Source: Eledone cirrhosa (lineage: Eukaryota). Taken from it: a stretch of DNA of 64,000 bases. A program made the translations under genes and the position numbers. The notes under the pieces were generated by a model. The model was not told the origin of the DNA, made no database searches, and saw only the letters and a program-made list of their open reading frames with translations. Below, piece by piece: positions 1 through 11,924 of this stretch; position 1 is the first letter of the stretch; every line of letters begins with the position of its first letter. Location: positions 44,950,001 to 45,014,000 of the forward strand of contig OZ024751.1 in the NCBI GenBank assembly GCA_964016885.1, read 5' to 3'.

Positions 1-756
1 TGTATATACACACACATACACACATACACACATACACATATATATACATATATATATACACACACAAATGAATACAGAAATAAAACAAAAAGGAAAGGGG
101 GAAGAAAGAGAAAAGATCAGTGTTTGTATATAGAGATTTTGTTTTGATATAAATGTACACAACTCTATGAACCTAGCATGCTCTAAATTGGTTTCATCCA
201 TTGAGGTCAAAATTGACCAACTAAATGTGGATTTTTAAGGCCGCTTTACCTCCGAGGCACGCCATTTTCATAACAGGTTGAAGACAACTTGTAGTGCAAG
301 TTTTAAGCTTTACAGCTAAAAAAAAACGAAACATAAATATATAATATATAAAATAAAATAAAAAATATACAGCCTCTTTCCCCAGCCCCAATCATAATAA
401 AACACTTCTAATAATACAAAAGGTTAGCAAAAGTGAAAAAATAGCAGGAAACACACAAGACACATGTTTTAGTTCAATAGAACAGAGATGAATAAGTTCA
501 TAAGAGATCGCGGCAACAAGTTGTTGGTGGAGGTGGTGGGGATTTTTTTTTTGGGGGGGGGGGGGGGGGTAATGTTCGTGGTGGGGGTGGGGGTGGATGG
601 CTTTGTTGGTGGTATTAGTGGAATTTAGCCCTAGGTCAGCTCATTCGTGGTTATCACCATCCTATCAAGAACTAGATAACTGGTAAATTGTAGTAATTAC
701 TAGAGCGTCGCAGGGAGATGTCTTTCGATATTTGTACCAGTTATTAAGGTCCTGGG

Positions 757-816
<60 letters not shown>

Positions 817-821
<5 letters not shown>

Positions 822-1008
822 AAATTGTATGACCCCGACGGCAGAGTTCAAGCCGTTTCGGCGGCTATTTCAGTCCAGAAATAGCCGTCGAAACGGCTTG
901 AGCTCTGCCGTCGGGGTCATACATTTTCCTATGACCAACTCTACTACCCTACGTATTGGGTACTCTGGTGCGTTATGGTCCATCTGGTTCCTTACCACAC
1001 CTCCTTCG

Positions 1009-1010
<2 letters not shown>
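817..1010 (+). mobile_element. Palindromic PLE-pLTR-like element family C (~55 bp arms plus ~75 bp tail) between (TA)n tracts; carries only the 3' half of a hammerhead
   Basis: Arms 817-871 and 878-932 are near-perfect reverse complements; GAA-ACGGC..GCCGT-C is stem III plus a GUC site; homologs at 42477-42672, 46266-46390, tail-only at 32632-32705 and 28771-28806. Confidence 0.7.
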
Positions 1011-1083
<73 letters not shown>

Positions 1084-1089
<6 letters not shown>

Positions 1090-1367
1090 ATTAGAAAGTG
1101 AACAACACAAAATATAACTACTCCATTACCAAAGGTTTCTGGATCACAGACGATAATAATATACGTCTGGATCGGTCATCAGACAGAGATGTTATAGATG
1201 TTAACATCTCTGTCTGATGACCGATCCAGACGTATATTATTATTGTCTGTGATCCAGAAACCTTTGGTAATGGAGTAGTTATATTTTGTGTTGTTCACTT
1301 TCTAATTACATAGCTCTCTTCTATACATAGAGCACTCTTTTTTCCTTTGCTTTTTCTTCGGAATTAC

Positions 1368-1370
<3 letters not shown>
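1084..1370 (+). mobile_element. Palindromic PLE-pLTR-like element family A (~110 bp arms plus ~55 bp tail) in (TA)n
   Basis: 1084-1194 is the reverse complement of 1202-1312; tail AGCTCT..CATAGAGCACTCTTTTTTCCTTT recurs inverted at ~21131, ~56263 and ~58756. Confidence 0.75.
1208..1275 (+). ncRNA. Type I hammerhead ribozyme (family A); mirror copy on the minus strand at 1121-1188
   Basis: CTCTGT-CTGATGA-ccGATCCAGAC..GTCTGtGATCca-GAA-ACC-ttt-GGT-A-ATGGAG: intact core, GUA site, stem I pairs. Confidence 0.75.
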
Positions 1371-1443
<73 letters not shown>

Positions 1444-1448
<5 letters not shown>

Positions 1449-1740
1449 ATACTTGGGGAGGGTCATATTTGTGTAATATTGCCAGAATTAATAACAGAAC
1501 ACACTCACTGTTTGGTTGGTTTTCGCTTTTCGCTTCTGTGTCTTTTATATCGGTAATCTAACTTACTCGGTCCTCAATGTTGCCATTGACTGACCAACGG
1601 TCAAAAATAATACAGATACAATATAGACACAAACACATATATATAGTTCATCATAAATCTTTCGTTGCACATCTGCAACATCGTCAGTGGTGTTATATTT
1701 TCCTCCTGTTGTGTTGTATGTCTACACCATTTTTATTCAA
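1444..1740 (-). mobile_element. pLTR-like element family B with hammerhead at 1649-1692
   Basis: Begins TTGTTATACTTGGGGAGGGTCAT directly after (TA)n, like 9161 and 9667; minus strand CTGACGA-t-GTTGCA-gatg-TGCAAC-GAAA. Confidence 0.7.
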
Positions 1741-1845
1741 TCTGTCTATATATTTATTTATTTATTTGCTTGTTTGTTTATTTTATTTCGTCTTCTTTGC
1801 GCATGCGTTTGCGTGTGTGTATAGTGTTATGTTTGCTGTGTGATG

Positions 1846-2030
1846 GGTGACTAGTGTGTGTTTATGTGCTTGTTGTTATTGTGCTTGTGTATGTATTTAT
1901 TTATTTATTTATCTTATTTTATTGATAAAATAAAATAAAATAAGATAAATAAATACATACACAAGCACAATAACAACAAGCACATAAACACACACTAGTC
2001 ACCCAGTGACTAGTGTGTGTTTATGTGCTC
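1846..2030. repeat. Fold-back inverted repeat (~75 bp arms) followed by a third partial copy
   Basis: GGGTGACTAGTGTGTGTTTATGTGCTTG... is the reverse complement of ...CAAGCACATAAACACACACTAGTCACCC; the motif restarts at ~2006. Confidence 0.85.
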
Positions 2031-2139
2031 ATTGTGATGCAGCCTAACCAAAACCTCATCCTAGATGTATGATCAGTATGTACGTATGGTCCCGTAACCC
2101 CTTATAGAGTCGTAGGGACGCCGTATTCACATACAGCAT

Positions 2140-2405
2140 TTCATCGGTATTTTTAAAACCTGGCTGAGCCCATCTCACCTCCAGGTCTGAATACGGCAGA
2201 TTTATTCCACAGAAAGATAAAGAGAGAATGACAAAGAGAAAGAGATATAAAGGAAACATCGATCCCAGTACTAGACTGGTACTTTTATCAACCTCTACAG
2301 CGTGAAAGTCAAAGTTGACCACGGCGGGATTTGAACTCAGAGAACAGAGAGCTGAAACGAATACCGCAAGGCATTCTATCCGACGTTCTAACGACTTTAC
2401 CAATT
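2140..2405 (-). mobile_element. tRNA-derived SINE, long-tail variant
   Basis: B box GAGTTCAAATCCC and the same central domain as other copies; tail ..ACCTGGAG..TGGGCTCAGC shared with 41857-42115. Confidence 0.75.
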
Positions 2406-2581
2406 CATTAGATGTGTGAGCAGTCCATTTCTAATATCAAGTTTATCATTGTCTTGTGGGGGATAGTTTTACCTCTTTGTGGCGCAAATACCTGTAATTC
2501 AAAGGGCCACAGTGTTGCTTGTGTCCATGAGAATTAAATTAAGGATTCGTGCATCTGTATAATTCTTCCTTTTCCACCCCG

Positions 2582-2615
<34 letters not shown>

Positions 2616-2874
2616 ATCATCATCATCATCATCATTATCATTATTATTATCATCGTTATCATCGTCGACGTCGTCGTCATCACCATCATCATCATCATCA
2701 TCGTCACCATCACCATCACCATCACCATCACCACCATCATCATCATCATCATCATCATCATTAGTGCTCACCTGAATATTCTAGATTTCACTTCCTTTGA
2801 TATTATTTATTTGTATTTGTTCAAATGACTGTGTGTGTATACATGAGTGTGCCTATATATATGTGTGTTTGTGT

Positions 2875-2916
<42 letters not shown>

Positions 2917-2948
2917 ATATATATATATATATAATCATATAAATATAC

Positions 2949-2998
<50 letters not shown>

Positions 2999-3049
2999 TA
3001 ATAAAAACAATGAATAAAAACAAAGAAACAGTTCCTTATATTAAAAAAT

Positions 3050-3185
3050 TCATCATTTTACGATCGTTTCTAGGATATATATATGTGTGTTGGTATGTAT
3101 ATCATATAGATCTATGTAAAAATTTTACAAACTATCAGAGGAAATATACATACCTACACATATATATGCTGTCTTCAGAAATAAT
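3050..3185 (-). ncRNA. Type I hammerhead ribozyme with long stem II at the 3' end of the PLE
   Basis: ATTT-CTGAAGA-[ATATATATGTGT/ACACATATATAT and GGTATGTATA/TATACATACC helices]-GAA-ACGATCGT-A-AAATGATGA. Confidence 0.75.
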
Positions 3186-3559
3186 TGTTTCTACTTTTGG
3201 CACAAGGCCAACAATTACCCAGTGTATTACTGGTACTTTATTTTATCGACCCTGTAAGGATGAAAAGCAAAGTTAACCTCGGCGGGATTTGAACTCAGAT
3301 CGTAAAGGGACGTAACTACGCTGGAAAGCATGTTTGACCCTCTACCAATACTGCCAATTCACTCAGAAATAATTGTTTCTACTTTTGGCACAAGGCCAGC
3401 AATTAACCAGTACATTACTGGTACTTTATTTTATCGACCCCATAAGGATGAAAGGCAAAGTTAACCTCAGCGGGATTTGAACTCAGAATGGCAAGGGCAG
3501 TAACTCTATGCGTCAAAGCAAGGCGTCCAACCCTCTACCTATACTGCCAATTCATCGCC
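3181..3559 (-). mobile_element. Two tandem tRNA-derived SINEs (Deu/Nin-domain-like core)
   Basis: Each has A box TGGCAGTAT.GGTA, B box GAGTTCAAATCCC, core GCCTTTCATCCTTA.GGGGTCGATAAAATAAAGTACCAG; direct repeat GCCAATTCACTCAGAAATAAT at 3353-3373 and 3557-3577. Confidence 0.9.
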
Positions 3560-3819
3560 AATTCACTCAGAAATAATGATATTTGTTTATTGAAAAAAAC
3601 CAACAAAGATTTAATACAGTAGGTCTGTTTGGGAACAGGTTTTGAATTGACCAATAGAAAAGTAATAAGTGGTCAAGCTGATAGAATAGTAGTAGTAGAA
3701 ATTTAATTTAGGGGTAGAGGAATGCAGACTTAAGTTTTGAATGGAAAGAATACTTTGAATGAAAAGATTACTTTGGGGATGAAAAGAGGTCAAGCTGGTG
3801 AAAGGTACACGAAAATTTG

Positions 3820-4140
3820 ATGTTATTAAAGAATAATGCTAATGTTAAAGTCGAAGGAGAATAAAATTTTAGGGTAAATGTGTTAGTGAGAAATACCAAT
3901 CTTATTTAAAACACAAGGAATTTAGATCTATAAAAAGAAATTAAATTAATTTAATTGGTAGGTATACTTATAGGGATAAATTTATATTTATTCATATAGA
4001 TGTGATAAATAAGAGCTAGATGTTATTAAAGAATGTTGTTAAAAACGAAGGAAAAAAAATTTGAGGGATAAATGTATTAGTGAGAAATAACAAACTTATT
4101 TAGACTACAAGGAATTTAGATTCATAACAGGAAATTAAAA
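3820..4140. repeat. Diverged ~200 bp-period duplication in the AT-rich PLE 3' region
   Basis: GATGTTATTAAAGAAT..TTAGTGAGAAATA..CAAGGAATTTAGAT occurs at ~3820 and ~4020. Confidence 0.75.
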
Positions 4141-4319
4141 TAGTTTATATGTATACTTATAGGTATTAATTTTAGGAAAAGAGAGCTGTAAAAGGGAAAT
4201 AAAATTATGAAGTTCCCAGTAGTAAAATACTAATTATAGGTTAACTAAATTAAAAAAACTAATTATAATAATTTGTAAAGTATAAGTGTAAGGTGTATAT
4301 TAATTAGGCTTATAATATT

Positions 4320-5715
4320 TGAAAGTTCTTCTAATTCTATGATTGCACGATATAATTAATTCTTGTCACTTATTTAATAGGATATCCTTACATTTCATTA
4401 TTTCAAAAAGGCGGTGGATTGGCAGTATCGGTAGAGGGTCGGACGCCATGCTTTCCAGCATAGTTACGTCCCTTTACGATCTGAGTTCAAATCCCGCCGA
4501 GGTTGACTTTGCCTTTCATCCTTACGGGGTCGATAAAATAAAGTACCAGTAATGCACTGGATAATTGCTGGCCTTGTGCCTAAAGTAGAAACAATTATTT
4601 CAAAAAGTTCCTGGGAACATAATCTACACTCATATCTGTTATTTTGATAAGGGGTGGCCGTTTTGAGCACACTCCAGGTCAGGTTATAATCGATATTCTT
4701 TTTTCTATAATTATTAATTATTTCAGCCAAGGATGTTGTATTAGCTAATGCGGCATTTTTAAAGTTTGTGGGTATTAAATCTTACTTTAAATTGGTTAGA
4801 AGTAGCTCCTATATATGAATAAGTTGAGTCTTTAGTGCTAATCTTACATTTATATACTATGTTATTAATAAGACAATTTCCTTTTAATGGGCAATTTTCT
4901 TTGTTTCTACAGTTACAACCGTTCGTGAATATTATATCAGGGGAGTTAGTCAAATTTGCTGTGGAATTTACTCGACTTATTATATGTGAAGGAGATGGTG
5001 GTTTGTTGCAGTTTATTTTAGTATTATGGTTAGTTTGATGTGTTGGTGGTATATTCATGGTTTTTTTACATTTATATGCATTGTAGGCACTTATATTTTG
5101 TTGTATATTTTTGGTAGTGGAGTAGGAAAATTTGACCGTTGATCTATTTAAAATTTGATGGTATTTATGGTTTGGCGGGAAATTTTTCTCTAGGATAGTA
5201 AAAACATTTTAAGGGATATTATCTTTAATTTGTAGATTAAATGGAGCATTATACCAAGTAACTCGTCTATTACGGTTTCGATGTTGTTTTTTATATTTAT
5301 ACGATGTATCAGGTTGTTTACTAAAAGAGTTAGTATTAGTGAATTTATTATATATAGGTTTAGTTAAATTAACTGATTTAGGTGTTTTAGTCTGATTATT
5401 AGGAATTTTGTTAGTAATGTTATTAACGTATATTGGAGTATTAGGATGAATGGTTTTTTGAAAGTTATTATATTGTATGTGAGAAGAGGTAGAGAAATTC
5501 AGTTTTAAGTTGGTATTTTGGGGTATAGTGTGAGTGGCATTTAGGTGTGTGTTTTTCATTTGGTGTTTGTTGGTAATATTGGGTTGTATGTTTGAAGTAT
5601 TATTGGTACAAGGTATATAGACTAATTTGTTTTTGTGGCCGCTTCTAGCTAAAGCTTCGTTATAAAAGGTCGCATTTATATCGAATACATCCTGGTTTGT
5701 GCAGTGCCTTTGCTC
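4320..5715 (-). pseudogene. Penelope-like retroelement ORF remnant: RT thumb/linker, Cys-rich motif and GIY-YIG endonuclease
   Basis: YNEALARSG..RRVTWYNAPF..FPPNHKYHQILNRSTVKFSYS..CNCRNKENCPLKGNCLINNIVYKCKI..YIGATSNQFKVRFNTHK..WSVLKTATPY..CRLCSQE..LLNK; in-frame stop at 5209, frameshift near 4760, SINE insertion. Confidence 0.88.
4410..4598 (+). mobile_element. tRNA-derived SINE with 14-bp TSD, inserted in the PLE endonuclease
   Basis: TSD ATTATTTCAAAAAG at 4397-4410 and 4594-4607; A and B boxes. Confidence 0.92.
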
Positions 5716-6342
5716 ACATACATACATGATGGTTGCCTCCTCGTTATCGAGTATGACCATTGCACGATATACCATTATTAATAATTATTAATTAATTCTA
5801 TCGTACAATGCCTGTGCGTGAACATATTTTTTAAAGTGAGGAAAGACTGTGCACTGAGCCAATCCCACTCTCTGAGCGACAGTAGCTATAACCCCAAAAG
5901 AAGAAAAGATCAACAAAAGGTAACTACTGAGCTGCAGGTTTTATATCGGAGTTATCCAGTTCCTGAGTTGCCTTCTCCTAGAAGAATGCCCTGACAAAGG
6001 TTAGGGGTCCTTCACTCCCAGTGGTTTAACCGCGCGATCGGTGTCCAGCCCGACTATTTCTATGTCCCCGCGCATATACATACACATGCACCCATGTATA
6101 TACACATATACATACATATGTACATGTGTATATACATATTTACACACTTTTGGATGACCGTTGACTCTTATGAGTTCTTCCGCCCTTTATCAGGTTTTGT
6201 TTTTTTGTCCTGCATGGTATCCAAAATCACCCTCCTCACCGAGTAAACTTGGTGGGCTTGCCGGTTTAGTCGCCGACGACCCGACATGCGACAGGTTGTA
6301 CTGGGTTACATGTTACCAGTAGCACTCAATAGTGACCCGACA
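5716..6342 (-). mobile_element. Non-autonomous RTE-derived bipartite element (5'UTR-like plus 3' end) with internal microsatellite
   Basis: Homologous to 24766-25376; ends GGTCATACTCGATAACGAGGAGGCAACCATC(ATGT)n. Confidence 0.65.
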
Positions 6343-6492
6343 TGCATACATACATACATACATACATGCAATCGTACATATGTTTGTGTCTGTATTTGCG
6401 TATTTGTGTGCACGTGTGCATGTCTCTGCGTGTAAGCCTTGTTGCGTGCATACGTCTGTGTGTGTCTGAGCGTATTTTCATGTGCCTATGTG

Positions 6493-6726
<234 letters not shown>

Positions 6727-6727
6727 C

Positions 6728-6785
<58 letters not shown>

Positions 6786-6789
6786 TATA

Positions 6790-6860
6790 TTCTAGTCGAT
6801 CGACTTTCGTCAAATCGGACCGAGGAAACTATGTTTCCGTTGGTCTTTCCAATTGCTAAT
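6790..6860 (-). other. Hammerhead 3'-half remnant
   Basis: Hairpin GACC..GGAAAC-ata-GTTTCC..GGTC, then GAA-AGTCGATCGACT-A; no CTGANGA core found. Confidence 0.4.
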
Positions 6861-6888
6861 ACTATCTATCGGTCGCAACTCCAGGTAG

Positions 6889-7006
6889 AAGGAGCAACGT
6901 GAAATAAAGTGTCTTGCTCAAGGACATAACGCATCGCCTGGTTCAGGAATCGAACTCACACCTCACGATTGTGAATCCAATTCTCTAACCACTCAGCCAC
7001 ACGCCT
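6889..7006 (-). mobile_element. Second tRNA-derived SINE family (GTCCTTGAGCAAGACACTTTATTTCACGTTGCTCC core)
   Basis: A box TGGCTGAGTGGTTA, B box GAGTTCGATTCC; relatives at ~11325, ~29729, ~38610 and ~49358. Confidence 0.8.
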
Positions 7007-7011
7007 TCAAC

Positions 7012-7067
<56 letters not shown>

Positions 7068-7096
7068 ACATATATATATATATATAATATATAATA

Positions 7097-7172
<76 letters not shown>

Positions 7173-7177
7173 GTATA

Positions 7178-7226
<49 letters not shown>

Positions 7227-7591
7227 AGGATGCATGTATATCTGTGTATTTGTGTATGTATGTGTACGTCTGTATGTGTTTATGTGTGTATATGTGTGTG
7301 TTCATGTAAGTGCGTGTGTGTGTTTTCGTTTTGGTTTGGTTTTACTAAGTGCAAAATTGTATTGACCTAGTTCCCGAAATTTCATAGAGACATACACAAT
7401 AGAAGGTGGGGTGGGGTATAGTGTAGGACAATGACAGACATAGAGCTTCACTGTAGAGGGGGTGGCGGGTGGCAGAGAGAGAGTGAGATAAAGAGAGAGA
7501 GAGAAAGAGAGAGGGAGAGAGAGATTGTTACATATTTAGATAGGTGCATTAACATATATATATATATATACACATTTATATGTATTATATA

Positions 7592-7636
<45 letters not shown>

Positions 7637-7660
7637 CACATTTATATGTATTATATATGC

Positions 7661-7704
<44 letters not shown>

Positions 7705-7717
7705 GTATATATATATG

Positions 7718-7752
<35 letters not shown>

Positions 7753-7835
7753 GTATATATATGTATATATTTATGTATATATATGTATATATATATATAT
7801 ATGTATATATATGTATATATATATGTATATATATG

Positions 7836-7868
<33 letters not shown>

Positions 7869-7869
7869 G

Positions 7870-7958
<89 letters not shown>

Positions 7959-7977
7959 TATATAATATATATATATA

Positions 7978-8055
<78 letters not shown>

Positions 8056-8408
8056 GTAAAAGAAGAAATTAAAAGATGGTGAAACAAGTTCCATATATTT
8101 TATAAAATATATGAACTTTTTAACCAACTTTTAATTTCTTCTTTAATATATACTCCAGTTCTACCAACTGTTGAGTGCTACTTATCTGATATATGCATAG
8201 TTTTATTGTTCTACAATATTACTCACCTTCTACATATATATATATATATATATATATTTATTTATTTATTTATGCCAGATGACTATTGTGTATTATAGAG
8301 CCTAAGATACTATAGAGAGATCGATTGACATAGCATATATGAAATATCTACAGCAGCCCTGTAATCTCCCCAAACTTGATATGTGCGAAAGTGGAGCACA
8401 TTTATGTT

Positions 8409-8635
8409 ATAACCCGTTAGCATTTAAACTGGCCGTATCCGGCCTGAATTCTCTCACCTCTTTCAGTTCAACTAGCTGTAACTGGCCACTCATACTGATG
8501 TTAAGGTATGGTTTTCAAAATAAATAATATTAAAATCTCATAGATTCTATATTATCTGAGATATTATGTAAGTCAAAGCCTTTATCACGAAAATGCGATA
8601 GTAAATACAGGGTAATGTAAATGCTAAAGGGTTAA
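8409..8635. mobile_element. piggyBac-like MITE
   Basis: (T)TAA-CCC.TTAGCATT ... AATGCTAAAGGG-TTAA termini; three copies in the window. Confidence 0.8.
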
Positions 8636-8682
8636 TTCAGAAGAGTTGAAGATCATGATGTAGTTATGAATGTTTATATAAA

Positions 8683-8759
8683 CAGGGGTGTCCCTAAAAA
8701 ACGTATACATACTTTTTATTTGAATGCTGTTGAAGTGGGTATACATTTTTGGGAACACC

Positions 8760-8762
<3 letters not shown>
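8683..8762. mobile_element. ~80 bp Tc1/mariner-like MITE
   Basis: CAGGG(G)TGTCCC.AAAAA.GTATAC ... GTATACATTTTTGGGAACACCCTG-TA inverted termini. Confidence 0.7.
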
Positions 8763-8819
<57 letters not shown>

Positions 8820-8891
8820 CATTATGAAGAGAGAAGAAACATTTAGATATAATTAGTAATAAAATGTATCATACCTAAACTGCTCCTAGAT

Positions 8892-8981
8892 TCCTCGACT
8901 ACGTAGTTTCGTGGCATAAACAAAAACAATACATCATAAAGATATAGAGTCCTTGCGAGGTCTGCCGACTTATCAAGAGGA
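8892..8981 (-). other. Degenerate hammerhead (core TTGATAA)
   Basis: TCCTC-ttgataa-GTcGGCA..TGCCAC-GAA-ACTACGTAGT-C-GAGGA; perfect stem I, palindromic stem III. Confidence 0.6.
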
Positions 8982-9160
8982 TACCTCATTTTACTAGTCT
9001 CAAGAACGCGTCTACACGACGTGAGAAAGAATCCAAAAGGCGGAGGGGGAGATAGTCACGCGATATAACGGTCGAGAAACAGAGCTAAGCCTCTTATAAC
9101 CCGAAGAAAATACACGGAGGCGGAGGGGGAATTTATATCGAAGCCGTATATATATATATA

Positions 9161-9440
9161 TTGTTATACTTGGGGAGGGTCATATTGTTGTAATAATATT
9201 ATTGCCAGAAATAATAACAGAACACACTTACTGTTTGATTGGTATTCGCTTCTGTATCTTTTATATCTCCATAGTTAATTTATTTGGCAATCAACGTTTA
9301 TCGTTGATTGATCAACGATTAAAAATACAGATATAAATATATATATATAGTCTATCAAAGTTCTTTCGTTGCTCATCTGCAACATCATCAGTGGTACTCT
9401 TATGTTCCCTCCTATTGTATTTTATTGTAATGTTTACGCC

Positions 9441-9445
<5 letters not shown>
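9161..9445 (-). mobile_element. Family B pLTR-like element with hammerhead at 9353-9396
   Basis: CTGATGA-t-GTTGC-agatga-GCAAC-GAAAG-aa-CTT; homologous to 1444-1740. Confidence 0.7.
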
Positions 9446-9482
<37 letters not shown>

Positions 9483-9534
9483 GAGAGACGTAAAATAAGA
9501 AAATTATAAAAATTAACTTACTTACTAAAATTTC

Positions 9535-9576
9535 ACTCCAACTAATTAGTTTCTTAGTAGATATACTAATTCTTTA

Positions 9577-9577
<1 letters not shown>
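9535..9577 (-). other. Degenerate hammerhead remnant
   Basis: (ataaaga)-a-TTAGTA-tatc-TACTAA-GAA-ACTAATTAGT-T; core eroded into (TA)n. Confidence 0.4.
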
Positions 9578-9666
<89 letters not shown>

Positions 9667-9671
<5 letters not shown>

Positions 9672-10080
9672 ATACTTTGGGAGGGTTATGTTGCTAATAA
9701 GAAACACACGCACCAGTTGCTTTCACTTCAATTATTATAATAAATTTATAAATTTAAGAATTTATAAATTTCCGGTTGATTGGTTGGTTCCACAACCAGA
9801 TGATTGTTTATATATTGTCAAAGTTCTTTCGTCACACATTCTGTGACCTCTTCAGTGACTGGGGATTCTTCTCTTTGTTTTTGTGCCTCTCCTTTGTTCT
9901 GTCCTACGCCATCTTGTTTTTATAAAGTCCTAAATTTATAAATGTATTGTAATAAATTGAAGTGAAAGCAACTGGTGCGTGTGTTTCTTATTGGCAACAT
10001 GACGCTCCCAAAGTATAACAATATCGGTTTCAACACACGTTTTCAGATAAAGAATCTTGCTAAACAAATTCAGAAATGAA
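9667..10080. mobile_element. Family B element: inverted pLTR (hammerhead 9817-9859, minus strand) plus sense partial copy plus tail
   Basis: 9667-9756 is the inverse of 9931-10021; GTCA-CTGAAGA-g-GTCACA-gaatg-TGTGAC-GAAAG-aa-CTT-TGAC; tail TATCGGTTTCAACACACGTTTTCA shared with ~37366. Confidence 0.75.
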
Positions 10081-10459
10081 AAATATATATATATAAGAAA
10101 CAAGAATGAACAAACAAGATGCTGACATGATAACATGAAAAGTATTAGTTTCACGCTTGGAGGAAGGAGAATGAATGTGGGTTAGGGTTATTCAAGACCT
10201 GAAAGTACGTGAATTATTGGTGGACGTAAGAATGAAATATATATTCATTTATTATGGCTAAGTGATGAGCCTTGTTAGTCTGGAGTCTCACCTGCGTACT
10301 CCCAGAATCGTCAGAGAAGACATATATATATATGTGCAAAAGTTGTATTTAAAATTGTTGGGATACAACAAGTAAATATTTTTATAACTGATATAAAGCA
10401 CTCGACAAGTATTTGGAGTAGATATACGATATTAATAAATGGAAACTATATTTATAAAA

Positions 10460-10528
<69 letters not shown>

Positions 10529-10863
10529 ACCTTTTACCGCGTCTAGCACATCATTTCTTGCTATCTGGAGGACATACTTGAAGTTGGAAATGAAGTGAAT
10601 AATATTTTACTGTTGGGGGTTTTACATGGCCTCCATCAGCAGTGTTGTCAGCTCAAGCAGCCTGTCATCTGTATAGAAGAAGGTACCTGGGTACATGGTG
10701 GGGATTTCTTGCCATCTTAATTACAGGTAGGTAATAGGTAATCTTCAACTTCAAGGTGAGATATTACAAAAGCTCTGTATGTATGAGTAAGTATATATAT
10801 ATATATGAATGTAAGGCTTATGTTTATGTAAGTTTGTCTGCATGTATATTATATAAATATAAA

Positions 10864-10926
<63 letters not shown>

Positions 10927-11324
10927 ATTTATGTATTTGCGTAAGTGCCAAAAATAAAAGCACCAGACGCAAGACAAATAGGTTGACTGAATGGGCGGTG
11001 GTGATGATGAGGGGGCTGTGAGGGAAAGGGGGGATAGATGAGCTAGTTGTGGTGGTAGTGTTGGTGTTGATGATGTTGGAGGTAGTGATGGTGGTGCCGA
11101 TGAGGGAAGACGGGGTTTGGTTGATGATGTAATGGTGGATATTGATGGTGATGAAATTGGTAAGAAGGTTGTTGTTGTCGAAGGTAGTGGTGGTGGTGGT
11201 GGTGGTGGTGGTGGTGGTGACGCCTTCGTTCCGGTTGCGGTGCTGTTGTTGTTGTAGAGGGCAGCACATATTAAACAGACAACGTCAAACATATGAATAG
11301 ATGTATAATAGAATTAAAATGACC

Positions 11325-11551
11325 AATGAACGGAAGTTAGACTTACGATCATAATGTCGTGGATTCGATTCCAGAACCGTGTTTTGTTCTTGATTAAACC
11401 ATTTCATTTCATATTACTCCAGTATTTTCAGCTAAAAATGAGTAAGAGCAAGAGCTGAGAGGTTACCACTGTGATGGACTGGTGACATGTCCAGGGGAGA
11501 GTCTTCTACTCTCAGTTGCTTAACGCCACAGAAACCAGAATAATCACAGGC
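11325..11551 (+). mobile_element. Second-family SINE, interrupted at its 3' end by a piggyBac-like MITE
   Basis: GATTCGATTCC B box; similarity to 29729-29930. Confidence 0.65.
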
Positions 11552-11779
11552 TTAACTCTTTAGCATATAAACGGGCCATATCCGGCCAGAATTCCCTCAC
11601 CTCTTCCTGTTCAAATCAATCGTAACTGGCCACTCATACTGATATTAAGGTATTGTTATCAAAATAAATAATATCATAATCTCATAGATTCAATATTATG
11701 TGAGATATTATGTGAGGTAAAGACTTTAGCGTGAAAATACAAGAATATATATAGAGTAATGTAAATGGTAAAGGGTTAA
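11552..11779. mobile_element. piggyBac-like MITE
   Basis: TTAA at both ends, homologous to 8409-8635. Confidence 0.8.
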
Positions 11780-11924
11780 TGAATGTCTGAGCTCGAGACA
11801 AACTTCAGACATTTTTTTTTTTTAGAAATGACCAATGCAATGGTTTGGTTTGTAAGAGGGTGCTGGCCATAGGATTTTAGGGGTAATATAGCCGCCAGAT
11901 GTAAGGGCCAGTTAGCAACTCAAT

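Noticed and set aside
4410-4500. tRNA genes at A/B-box motifs
   Set aside because: They are SINE heads with shared bodies and TSDs; no cloverleaf
10262-10320. CTGACGA plus hairpin on the minus strand
   Set aside because: A stem II-like helix is present but no GAAA or cleavage motif follows
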